Source: Blastocladiella emersonii ATCC 22665
Lineage: Eukaryota > Fungi > Blastocladiomycota
DNA: 64,000 nt
Assembly: GCA_025594325.1 (NCBI GenBank)
Contig: JANHCV010000001.1
Location: 4,712,001 to 4,776,000, forward strand
Direction: 5' to 3'
The translations under genes were made by a program, and so were the position numbers. This document shows, piece after piece, positions 24,797 through 35,466 of the stretch. The notes under the pieces are model-generated. The model worked only from the letters and a program-made list of their open reading frames with translations. It made no database searches and was not told where the DNA came from. Each line of letters starts with the position of its first letter. The first letter of the stretch is position 1.

Positions 24797-26606
24797 ATGG
24801 ATCCTCGCGACACCGCGCAACCCGACGCGACCATGAACGAGGCCGACACGGCGCCCGTGACCGCGACCGCGACCGCGTCTGGCAGCGAGTCGCCCGCCGA
24901 GGCCGCGCCGCGCACCATCAGCCGCTCGGCGCAGCGGAGGGCCATCAAGGCCGCCGCCGAGGCCGCTGCGCTCCTGCGCGAGTGCGACCCCGCCGACCTG
25001 ATCGCGACCGGCGACCTGTGCGACCAGTGCGCGACGGGCCTCGGGTTCCTCCAGCCCGGCGAGGAGCCCAAGCGCAACGCCGACATCTCGCCCGACCGCC
25101 GATGCGGGTTCTGTCTCGGCGTCCTCGCCGACTACAAGGAGCTCGCCCAGGCCGTGCTCGACCGCATCTGCGCGCCCGGCCGCGAGTTCTCGGATACCCA
25201 CTACCGCCTCGAGCTCATGCTGCCGCGCGCTATTGCGTACCGGCGCCGTCTGTTCCTACAGTACGTTTCTTCAAGAACGGGGCTCGCGGAACCTCGGAAA
25301 ACTAACGCGTGCACGCGCACCCGCGTAGGCGCTTCAAGGACCGCGGCATCGACTACTCGTACGAGGTGCGCCGCGAGTTCACGCGGCTGACCGAGCCCAT
25401 CTTCGAGGCCGCGCTCGGGAAAAAGTACAAAGTCGATGGCCCGCTGCACTTTATCGTGCAAATGTCGCACGAGACCGACAAGGAGCTGCCCAACAAGCTG
25501 CCGCGCGCCGAGGGCGAGCCGAGCCTGCGCGAGGTCAAGCGCGCGCGCAAGGCGACTAAGCCCGCCCAGCTCGGAAGGGAGCAGACCATCTCGCTCGTCG
25601 TCGACGGTGTCAAGCCCGTCCCGTTCCCGCTGCCGCCCGTCACCACGCGCCCGACCGTGAGCCACCACGTCGTGCGCCGCGACCCGATCTTCGTCGGCGG
25701 CCGCTACCTCAAGCTCGCGCGCGGCGTCGCCCAGTCGCTCTGGCTCATCTGCGGCCAGCCCAAGACCGTCAACTCGGTCCAGCAGTGCATTGGCGCCTTC
25801 TTCAAGGAGGCAGCCCGCGCCGACGACGTGCTGCTCGTCGCCGCCGGCCGCGAGGACGCGGACGTGCGCATGCTCGGCAACGGCCGCCCCTTCTTCCTCG
25901 AGATCCAGGGCGCCCGCAACCTCGAGTTCGACCCGATCGCCGTCGCCGCCAAGATCAACGAAACGCACGCCGGACTCGTCCAGGTCTCGCGCATGCGGTG
26001 GGTGTCCAAGGCCGAGTGCAAGATGGTCAAGGTCGGCGAGGAGCTCAAGGCCAAGCAGTACTCGTGCCTCGTCTGGGCGCGTGGCGTCGAGCAGGAGACG
26101 ATCGACCGCGTCAACGCCATGAAGGGCATCGTGGTCAACCAGTCGACGCCGACGCGCGTGCTTCATCGGTGCGCTTCTCACGATGCTGGACGGCCGACGA
26201 CTACTAACTCGTTCGATCGGGCTGTAGTCGCGTCAACATTGTGCGGCCAAAGACCATCAACTGGGTTTCCATCTCGCGGCTGTCCGAAGAGTTTTTCCGC
26301 GTCGACCTCGAGACCCAGGCCGGTACGCTGTCAATATGGATCGCCGCGATTGCCGCACCGCGTACTCATACGCGATTGTAGGGACGTACATCAAGGAGTT
26401 TATCACAGGCGACATTGGCCGGTCCACGCCGAGTCTCGCGAGCCTGCTCGGCACCCCGACCGACATTTTGGAACTCGATGGTACGCTCACTCGGCTCGCT
26501 TCCCCGCTCATCACGGCTGCCCCTAACTGACTCGCACCCGCGCGTAGTGACCAACGTGCAGCTCGACTGGCCGCCACGGTTCGAGGCCGCGCCCAAGGCA
26601 TCCTGA
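24797..26606 (+). CDS. PUS10: tRNA pseudouridine synthase Pus10, multi-exon
   Basis: GRYLKLARGVAQS, catalytic GREDADVRMLGNGRPF, QSTPTRVLHR, GTYIKEFITGDIGRSTPSL and DWPP. Confidence 0.92.
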
Positions 26607-26734
26607 TCCACTCGATACATAGACCTCCTTTGTTGCTCATCGCGAGTCTCTCACAGCCATCCGGTGCAATAGTCAGAGGGTATGCATTAAGAACAACAAT
26701 CGGTTGGGACCCGCGGCCAGCGCGGGCGCCGCGC

Positions 26735-27762
26735 TCACGTCGTCGTGGACACGGACGTGATCTGGAGCGTCGCGTTGATGAACGGGTTGCTCTGCAGCGT
26801 GCTGACGACCTGCTGGCCGAGCTTGCCCTTGGGGTCGAAGACGCGAATCAGGATGGCGCCCACGATGCCGAGCACGATGAGGAACACGAAGATCATGATG
26901 ATGCGGTCCGTGGCCATTTTGCTACACGGTGGCGACGGCGAAGGTCAGCGCCCGATACGGAGAGTGTGGGTGGGGGTCGAGGAGGTGAGAGCATACCGCA
27001 AGAAGGCGCGCAGCTGCTTGTCGGCGCGCTTGAGGTTGGACTCGACCTGGTCGACCTTGTCGTTGATGCCCTGGATCTGCTCCGTCTGCTGCTTGAGCAC
27101 GTCGAAGGTCTCGGTGCCCATCTGGATCGTGGTGGCGATCACGGCCTTGGTGCGCGCCGTCGACTGCAGCGACTGCGCCTGGGTCTCGAGCGCGGCCTGC
27201 GTCATCTCCTTGGCCGTCATCTCGTCGACGCCCTTGACGACACGGCCCGCCTGCCCGTCGCGCTCGGCGCTCGTCACGGCCCAGTTGAGGTCCTGCTGCA
27301 GCTTGTTCAGCTGGCCGTCGTACGCCTTGGCCTTCTACACTCGGTGGGGCGGGCACGGGTGAGTGGGCGCGGTCACAAGCGAAAAGGTCAGTACGAACCT
27401 CGACCCAGATGGTCCGCTTGTCTGGCGGCAGCTCGCGGAGCTCGACGTTGATGCTCTTGACCAGCTGTCGGCCGCGGTTGAGTCGGTTCTTGAGGTACTC
27501 GCATTTCTACGGGCGGGGGAGTCGAGTCAGTGCGCGTCTCCCCGAGCGCGGGTCGACGGAGAACCGTACCTCGAGGCGGGCGGGACCCATGAGCTTGGAC
27601 ACCTCGTTCTCGAGCGAGTTCTTCATGGCCTCGACGATTTCGCTGAGCTGCTCGTCGTATTCACCGAGTTCTACGGGTCGAGGAGCGGCGGATGCCCGAG
27701 TCAGCGCTCGTGTGTCCGTGCGAGGCGAGCCGGGGCGGAGGCGGATGCATGCCTTCCGTCAT
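26735..27762 (-). CDS. NPSN: Qb-SNARE of the NPSN (novel plant SNARE) type, about 5 exons
   Basis: Habc-like N-terminus, SNARE motif with a zero-layer Gln (VLKQQTEQI), then RADKQLRAFLR|KMATDRIIMIFVFLIVLGIV. The ATD[KR]-TM junction is typical of NPSN. Confidence 0.75.
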
Positions 27763-28472
27763 GGTTGCAGTCTATGAAAAGTCTATGCGTGGGTTACGTT
27801 GCGACGAGTCGTGAAGAGTCTAGTGAGGAACGGGCAGGAGAGAGGGGGCTCTCCGCCGACGCCATCGGCGGCGACCCGGCCGGGCAGCCAGCCACCCGCC
27901 GCGCGACGCGTCTCGCAGGCGCGTCCCACACGCGCGCGTGTCTCACGCGTTGTGATAACACGTGAGCTCGGACGCGATTCACACACCACGCGGCGCGCGC
28001 GTTCCGCTTTTGCCTCCCTCCTGCACCCGCCAGCCGTCCGTGTGGGAGCGTGCGCAGCGGGCAGGCAGTCGATGCCCCGAAGGGAACGGCGGGCAGGCGG
28101 GCAGGCAGGTCGGCCGGCCAAGGGGGTCCTTGCTTCTTCCTCTCTCCTCCCCGCAATCCCGACTCTGTCACACTCCAGCTGGGCAGCCGACTACTCGCGG
28201 CCGACCCGCTCCATCTCATCCTCTCTCCCTCCGCATCGAATCCACGGACCTGCAGCGGTGACTCGCTTCCGTCCCTTCCCCTCCGCACTTCATCATCATC
28301 GTCTCGGCCTCATCGACGACGACCCACGCACACACCTTCTCTCTCTCTCCCATCTGCTCGGTGCTCTCGCTGCCCGCATCGTCGTTCTCGATCGCGCTGC
28401 CTCTGCACCCGTCTCGCGACTCTCCCCAAACCCGTACTTGCACCCCCTTCCCAACCCATCTACCACACCACC

Positions 28473-30307
28473 ATGGTCCTCAGCATGTTCAAGCCTGTCG
28501 GCCACACCAAGGCGCGCACGAGCCAGGGCTGGTGCGTGTCGCAGCGGTCCCGGGAGTCGCCGCGACGCCGTACTGACTGATGGCACCCGTGATGAATCGC
28601 GCGCAGGCTCTCGGTCGACGCGCCGAGCGACAACCGCGTCGACAACGTGGCCGCGTACCTCCGCGCGCGCTCGACCATGTCTCCGTACGTCTGCGCCGAT
28701 TGCAGGGGAATGCAGTGCGGGGACTCACGCCGCGGTCGCGACTGTAGAGCGGACGCGTCGACCTTCTCGCCCCGCGGCGCCCACAACCTCGACCTGGTCG
28801 CGGCCCAGCACCACCACGAGACGCTCACCGAGGAGCCCATTGACCTGCCCGGCTACGACAAGGTGTTTGCCAGCCAATGGGTACGCTCTCTCTCGCTCAT
28901 GTTTGACGCGTCGCGAGCTTCGACTCACACGCGCGCCGACGACGCGTAGATCAACGACCACCAGGTCGTGGTCGGCACCAAGTGCAACCGGCTGCTGCTC
29001 CTGAGCTCCACGTTCGAGCGCATTGTCGAGATCCCGTTCCTCGCGCTGTCGCGGCCCGACGCGGCCGAGGCTATGGCGGCGGCGCGCGCGCGCAAGGCGG
29101 CGGCCGCGGCAGCAGCCCAGGCCAACGGCGGCGTCGGCGGCAGCATGCTGCCCCCACGGCTCGCGCGGCGGTCGTCGACGGCGCGGTCCGAGTCGGCGGT
29201 GCTGCTCGACGGCGGGCTGCGGCCGCAGGACTCTGCGCTGGCATGCGTCGGGATCCACTCGATTGCCGTCAACCCCTCGCGCACGTTCATGGCGGTCGGG
29301 TCCGGCACCCCCAACGAAATCGTCGTGTACTCGCTGCCCGACATGGAGCCGCACTGCATCATGACGGGCCACGCGGACCTCGTCTTCAGCCTCACGTTCG
29401 TGACGGACGACCTGATCATGACGGGCTCCCGCGACTGCACGGTCGGCGTCTTCTCGCTCCAGTCCAAGCCCGCGCGTTACTTCCCCGCGCCCAGCATCGC
29501 GGCGGGCCAGCTGCCCGTCATCTACCCGATCTGCCTGCGCAAGGAGCACGCGGGGAAGGTGCGCGACCTCAAGTACAACGCCAAGACGCGCGAGCTCGTG
29601 ACGCTCGGCAGCGACGCGACGGTGCGCATCTGGGACGCGTCGCGCGCCGAGGTGGTGGCCACGGCGCACCTCGACTACGCCAAGGAGACGGTGTGCCTCG
29701 GGCTCGACGCGGACCGCGCCATGGTCAGCATCGGGTCGCAGTCCAAGGTGTCGCTGCTCGACGCGCGGTCCGTCGGCAACAACGGCCAGCGCATCTACTC
29801 GGGGTCGCGCCTCATTCACGCCTACAACTCCACGGACGAGGGCTGGGGCGTCCGGTCCCTCGCCCACAACCGCCACATCATCGCCAGCGGCGGCGGTATG
29901 GGCCGGCTCGCCTTCTTCGACGTGCGCTCCATGGCCCAGCTCCCCGTCGTGCCCGCGTTCGGCGGCAACGCGCCACAGATGTACGCCGAGATGACCATGC
30001 CCGACTCCATGGGCGACGGCACGGTACGCGTGTGGTGTGTGGATCGAGACGGGGGTGGGACTGACTTTTGATTTGGCGCGCGCGCATCTAGTACCTCTCG
30101 CCATCCAACCGCACACGGACCCTGCGCACTGCACTGGTACGCTTGTTGGAGGCGAGGCGGGGCGCAGGAGCAGCTCACTGACGGATCGCACGCGCGCGCG
30201 GCAACATGTAGTACACGCTCGCGTACAACGAGGACAACTCGCAGCTGTTTGCCGGCGGCGGCCCGCTCCAGCTCGGCCGGTGCGGCGCGTACGCGGCCGT
30301 GTGGTAG
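28473..30307 (+). CDS. DCAF12: WD40 CRL4 substrate receptor, DCAF12-like, multi-exon
   Basis: DKVFASQW|INDHQVVVGTKCNRL, GIHSIAVNPSRT, GSRD, KVRDL and C-terminal GGGPLQLGRCGAYAAVW. Confidence 0.85.
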
Positions 30308-31114
30308 TCGGTCGACCGGCCCGCGCGCTGACGCACACGCACACGAAATGGGAAGCCCTACATACCGCAGTCTCCTCTTCTCTCTCCTCGGCCAGCGACC
30401 TTCTGGCCCTCCTCTCTCGTGATTCCCTCTCCGTCCGACACGCGCCGTGTCGTCTCTCAACCCCCACCCCTTGCTCGTCCCTTGCATGCCTGTATATACC
30501 ATTCTCTCGCTCGTCATGGTCTCGCCCCGAGGATAACAGCAAGATTGAGAGGCGCCTCGGGAGACACGCCCACGCGGGCAGGAGCGGAGCGGCGAAGGGT
30601 GGCGCTCACCACCCCGAGCCTTGTCTCCTAACATCCATCAGTTTCGTGGTCGACCTTGGAAGGAGAGGGGAGAAGAGGCGCGTCGCGTTTCGAGTGACGA
30701 CGACGGTCCAAGCCGCCTCTGGACGTTTCGCAGCCGCCGTGCTGTGCCGACTCCGGCCTCGGCTCCCGCGGGTCTTCCACTCTCCTCTTCCTCCCTCATC
30801 AACGCTTGTCCGCCTTGTCATCCACGAAGCTTGAGGCAGAAAGGAAGGAGGCGCCCGTCACGCACCGCGCACCGCGATTCCATCGAGAACGGGGACCGCG
30901 CGCTCTCTCGTCCCAGCTCCGCCTCCATCGCCGCCTTCGGCTTCTCTCCCCTCTCTCCCCACCCGCGCACTCGTTGCAACGTTGCGCATTCGGTGCGTCA
31001 GACGCCTCGACGGCGGCCGCTGTGCCCCGATCCAAGAGTGTGCCCGCGGCTCGAGCGCTGACCGAGCGACGGTCGGCCGCGTAGATCTTCCCCAGATAGC
31101 AGCACTTCGGCAGC

Positions 31115-32485
31115 ATGAGCAGCAACAACTCGTCCACGCCGGCATCGTCGTCGTCGGGGCCTCCGCCCGCCTCGTCGTCGTCCACGCCGCCCGTGACCAC
31201 GCCACCACCCACCTTTTCATCGTCGGCCGCGCCCCCACCGAGCTCGTCCTCGAGCGCCGCGCCACCCCCGTCGTCGCCCTCCTCGGCAGCACCCCCGCCA
31301 TCCTCTTCGTCGCAGACCCCCTCCTCGTCGAGCCGGCCCGACCCGCCCGCGCCGACGACCGACTCGCCGCCGCCGTCCACGTCGCAGCCGCCCGCCTCCA
31401 CCACGACGCGGCCACGGCCCTCCCCTACCCCCTCGACGACGTGGATCTCGGTCACGACCACGTCCCTCTCGGCGTCCCCCGTCGTCGTGACCGTCAACGG
31501 CGTCGTGACCACGTCGACGGCGCTGGTCCCGACCGCCGTCGTGGCCGTGGTGCCCTCGACCGTCTTCATCGACACGTCCGACTCGTCGGCGCAGTCGACG
31601 GGGTCCGGGCTCAGCTCGTCGAGCGCCGGCCTCATTGCCGGGATCGTGGTCCCCGTCGCCCTCCTCATCGCCGCCGCCGCCGTCCTGTTCGTCCGCCGCT
31701 CCCGCCGCCAGCAGCGCGACACGGCGCTGTACCGCCCGTTCTCGGGTAACCCGTACGACCCCGTACCCGGCGCAGGGCTCATTGAGCGGAATAATCGCCG
31801 CGCCGCTGAGCAGCGCGAGCTCGAGGCGCGGAACGCTGCTGCTGCCGCGGCCGCTGCGGCTGCGGCTACCCCGGCCGCGTCCATGCCTGACGCGCCAACC
31901 CCCGCCCAGGTGCGCGCGCGCCAGGAGCGCGAGGCCGAGCTCATGGCCGCGGCGGCTGCGGCCGCCTCGTCGACGGCCGTCGTCAACATGGAGGGCGCGC
32001 CGCACCACATCGACACGCTGCTCCCGCCGTCGGGACCGCCGCCGTACAAGTCGCCGACGCCCACGCTCACGCCGCCGCCGGGATCGCACCCGGGTGGCAG
32101 CATGCTCCACCACCACGCCGCCGGGCACTACGCCGATCCGCGGACCCAGCAGCCGGCGCAGCTCGAGCAGCAGTTCCCCCTGTACGCGCACCCCGGCGGC
32201 AACCCGAGCCGCGGCAAGCTCGTGGCGCCCACGCCGTCGCCACCACCGCTCCTCCCGACGTCGGCCGCGCCGTCCACTGGTGCCGTCGTGGAGGGGCACG
32301 CGTCGCGGCCGATCCTCGGGCTCTCGGCGCGGCCCGAGGTCACGTCGGTCGTTATCCGTAACCCGCCCGCGGCATCGGTCCCGCAGCCCCAGTCGGCCAC
32401 GTACGGGTACGCCGGCGGGAACGGCGGGGGGGATGAGGACGAGATGTACCTCCCGGCCATGACGACGGACCGGCCGATGCGGTGA
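31115..32485 (+). CDS. Ser/Thr/Pro-rich single-pass membrane protein (Mid2/Wsc-like topology) with a PPPY motif
   Basis: Long S/T/P tract, TM helix LIAGIVVPVALLIAAAAVLFV followed by RRSRR, and a cytoplasmic GPPPY (WW-domain ligand). No clear signal peptide. Confidence 0.7.
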   Translation: MSSNNSSTPASSSSGPPPASSSSTPPVTTPPPTFSSSAAPPPSSSSSAAPPPSSPSSAAPPPSSSSQTPSSSSRPDPPAPTTDSPPPSTSQPPASTTTRPRPSPTPSTTWISVTTTSLSASPVVVTVNGVVTTSTALVPTAVVAVVPSTVFIDTSDSSAQSTGSGLSSSSAGLIAGIVVPVALLIAAAAVLFVRRSRRQQRDTALYRPFSGNPYDPVPGAGLIERNNRRAAEQRELEARNAAAAAAAAAAATPAASMPDAPTPAQVRARQEREAELMAAAAAAASSTAVVNMEGAPHHIDTLLPPSGPPPYKSPTPTLTPPPGSHPGGSMLHHHAAGHYADPRTQQPAQLEQQFPLYAHPGGNPSRGKLVAPTPSPPPLLPTSAAPSTGAVVEGHASRPILGLSARPEVTSVVIRNPPAASVPQPQSATYGYAGGNGGGDEDEMYLPAMTTDRPMR

Positions 32486-33669
32486 CGATGATGACAGGAT
32501 ACATATATTTACACTATTTGCTGCTGTCACTGCTGGCTGTCTTGTCTCGCGAGGGGGGCGGTCGACCGTGAGCGACGCCAACAACGGCGACGGTGCCTCC
32601 CTCGCACGCAGGTCACGTCGCGCGAGACACGCGCCACCATGACCAGCGTCGCGCGAGCCATGTCGCCATGACCGGACGCGGTTGCGTCAGCAGCAGCCCT
32701 GTCTCGCGGTGACGACGACGAGGGTGGGCGAGCCGAGCCGCGCGCGTGGCGTCTCCCGCGCTGAGCCGCGAACAAGAACCGCACACACGCACGGCGACGG
32801 CGGATCGACTCAACCGACCAACCCAGGGCGATCGGCATCAGCAGTGCGGCGTCAGCAGGGAATTGCCACGACGGACGAACGATGATGAAAGATGACAGCG
32901 ACCGGGATGGCCGAGCGCGTGGTTCGGCGCAGCGTGGGAGACACGCTGCTGCTGTTGCTCGTCCGCCGTGCCGTGTTCGCACGCTGCTCGCCTCCCCCGC
33001 GCGCAGCGAGCGAACGAGCCAAAAAAGAAAAATTGGAGTTGGCGATGACGAAATTGGCGGCCCCGGTCCCCCGGCGAGCAGCCAAATTGGAGACGACGAC
33101 GAGTCTCACGCGGACCGGGGTGGGGCGGGCGGGCGTGGTCCGAAAATGAACGACGCGTCTCCCGCAGCGGGCCGCGTGGCCACGCGTCGCACACGGACGC
33201 GCGCGAGAGGTCACGCACACCGTGACGACGGCGATCCCTTTTTTTGCAACAGCAACGGCGGCAGCAGCAACGCAAGATCTTGATCTCGGCCGGCAGGCTT
33301 CCGCGCGCTTCTCGCCGCCGCCCGCACTCGCTGCATCCGCCCGGCCCCGTTGCTGGGGCAGCAGCAGCTGCGAGACAGAGACGCGCCGCGCCCCGTCATG
33401 TGCAACCCCGAAATTCACCTGACGCTCGCACACGCCGTCTCTCTGCACGGGGCCCCGCGGGCGGTCCGGTTGCCGGTTCGGGCACGCGGCCAATCAAAAG
33501 GCGGCACGTCCCCTGCCCTCCTCGCCGAGCTCGTCACCCTAGAAGAAGGCCAGCCGTCCCCACACCGCGCTCTCCCTCCTCGCCGATCCCCGACCTCTCG
33601 TCGCGTCGATCCACCTGCCCTCCCGCACCTACCACCACCCACCACCACCACCACCACCCACTCGCCACC

Positions 33670-35049
33670 ATGGGCCGCAAGGACACCAACGCCCCCGTCA
33701 AGGCCGCCGCCTCGGTCGTGAACGCGCAGCAGCGCCCCGAGTCGGCCGCCATTGCCGCCAAGCAGCAGCAGGCGCAGGCCAAGCCCGCCGCCGCGCAGGC
33801 GCAGAAGCAGGGCTCGCGCCCCGCGTCGCCCTCGAAGGAGGCCTCGTCGGCCCAGAAGCCGGCCTCGCCCGCGAAGCAGCAGCAGCAGGCGTCGCCCGCT
33901 AAGCAGCAGCAGCAGGCGTCGCCCGCTAAGCAGCAGCAGCAGGCTTCGCCCGCTAAGCAGCAGCAGGCCGCCCCCGCGCAGGCCAAACCCGCCTCGCCCG
34001 CCAAGCAGGCCGCCGCCGCGCCCGCCAAGCAGGCCGCCGCGCCCGCCAAGCAGCAGGAGGCCCAGAAGCCCGTCCAGCAGCAGGCCCAGAAGCCCGTGTC
34101 GCGCCCCGCGTCGCCGACCAAGGACATGGCCGCCCCCGCCAAGCAGCTCGCGTCGCCCGCGAAGCAGCAGCAGCAGGCCGCGCCCGCCAAGCAGGCGGCC
34201 CCCGCCTCGCCCCCGAAGCAGGCCGCCGCCGCCGCGCCCGTCCAGGCCAAGCCGACCTCCGCGACGGCCTCGCCCGCCAAGCAGCAGGCGCAGGCGTCGC
34301 CCGCCAAGGCCACCCCCGTCCAGGCGAAGCCGGCCTCGGCGCAGGCGTCGCCCGCTAAGCAGCAGCAGCAGCAGCAGGCCGCGAAGCCGGCGTCCCGCCC
34401 GGCCTCGCCCACCAAGGACACGGCCGCGCCCGCTAAGCAGCAGCAGCAGCAGGCCCAGAAGCCCGCGCCCGCCTCGCCCGCCTCGCCCGGCAAGCAGCAG
34501 CAGGCCACGCCCGTCCAGGCAAAGCCCGCCTCGGCGTCGGCGTCGCCCGCCAAGCAGCAGCAGGCTGCCGCCCCCGCTGCGAAGCAGCAGCAGCAGCAGC
34601 AGGCCCAGAAGCCGGCGTCCCGCCCCGCGTCGCCCACCAAGGATACGGCCGCGCCCGCCAAGCAGCAGCAGGCCGCCACCAAGCCGGCGTCGCCCGCCAA
34701 GCAGGCTGCCCCCGCGCCCGCGCAGGCTAAGCCGGCGTCGGCGTCGGCGTCGCCCGCGAAGCAGCAGGCCGCGGCCCCCGCCGCCAAGCAGCAGCAGCAG
34801 CAGCAGCAGGCGCAGAAGCAGGGCTCGCGCCCCGCTTCGCCCACCAAGGACGCGCCCGCCAAGCAGCAGCAGCAGCAGCAGAAGGCCTCGCCGACCAAGG
34901 AGACCGAGAAGGCCAAGAACCGCCCCGCTTCGCCTTCGAAGCAGGCCGACAAGCCGCAGGCCTCGAAGGAGAAGCACTCCGCTCAGCAGCAAAACTCGAA
35001 GCCCATCGTCCAGCCCGCTCAGCGCGGCTCGGGCAAGTCGGCCCAGTAA
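33670..35049 (+). CDS. Low-complexity Ala/Gln/Pro/Lys/Ser protein with about 20 S-P-x-K repeats
   Basis: Good start context CCACCATGG. Codon use matches the host (CAG, AAG, GCC, CCC, TCG). Stop-free single ORF with recurrent [KR]PASP[AT]K and polyQ. Confidence 0.8.
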   Translation: MGRKDTNAPVKAAASVVNAQQRPESAAIAAKQQQAQAKPAAAQAQKQGSRPASPSKEASSAQKPASPAKQQQQASPAKQQQQASPAKQQQQASPAKQQQAAPAQAKPASPAKQAAAAPAKQAAAPAKQQEAQKPVQQQAQKPVSRPASPTKDMAAPAKQLASPAKQQQQAAPAKQAAPASPPKQAAAAAPVQAKPTSATASPAKQQAQASPAKATPVQAKPASAQASPAKQQQQQQAAKPASRPASPTKDTAAPAKQQQQQAQKPAPASPASPGKQQQATPVQAKPASASASPAKQQQAAAPAAKQQQQQQAQKPASRPASPTKDTAAPAKQQQAATKPASPAKQAAPAPAQAKPASASASPAKQQAAAPAAKQQQQQQQAQKQGSRPASPTKDAPAKQQQQQQKASPTKETEKAKNRPASPSKQADKPQASKEKHSAQQQNSKPIVQPAQRGSGKSAQ

Positions 35050-35466
35050 GTGTCGCTGTCGCCGTCGTGTGTATGAGCTCATTCCCATATTGTTGGCGAT
35101 ATATTGTTGATGATCTTGTAATGGTCTCGCATGTGTTCTCTGAGCGGAAGGCGAAAATTCCCAAGCTTGGTGATGGCACGAGTGATGGACGACGAGCTCT
35201 AACCGCTTGTTTAAGCTTAGGCGCACTATCTCATATCATTTTTGCCCGATCGCGGCTGCCCGAAAGGGACATGCGAGAATAGCGTGAAGAGAGTAGTTTG
35301 TTGATGTATGTATTGACCGCGAATCCCCGGCTGCATCAATCAAATATTTCCCGCCGCGCTGTGGGCGGGTCAGCAATGCAATGGTACAAATGGTGGTACC
35401 GCGACGCCCGGGGGTCGGCCCCGTTGGCGACGAAGGTGGTGCTTGTTGAGCTGCGGAAGGAATGTG

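Noticed and set aside
33870-33965. Regular short repeats resembling a CRISPR array
   Set aside because: They are in-frame coding repeats (QQQQASPAK) with no unique spacers, and there are no cas genes. The context is eukaryotic.
35161-35220. CCAAGCTTGG and CTAAGCTTA(A) palindromes as possible Fanzor element termini
   Set aside because: They are short. I found no matching partner or target-site duplication at the other end, so the boundary cannot be supported.
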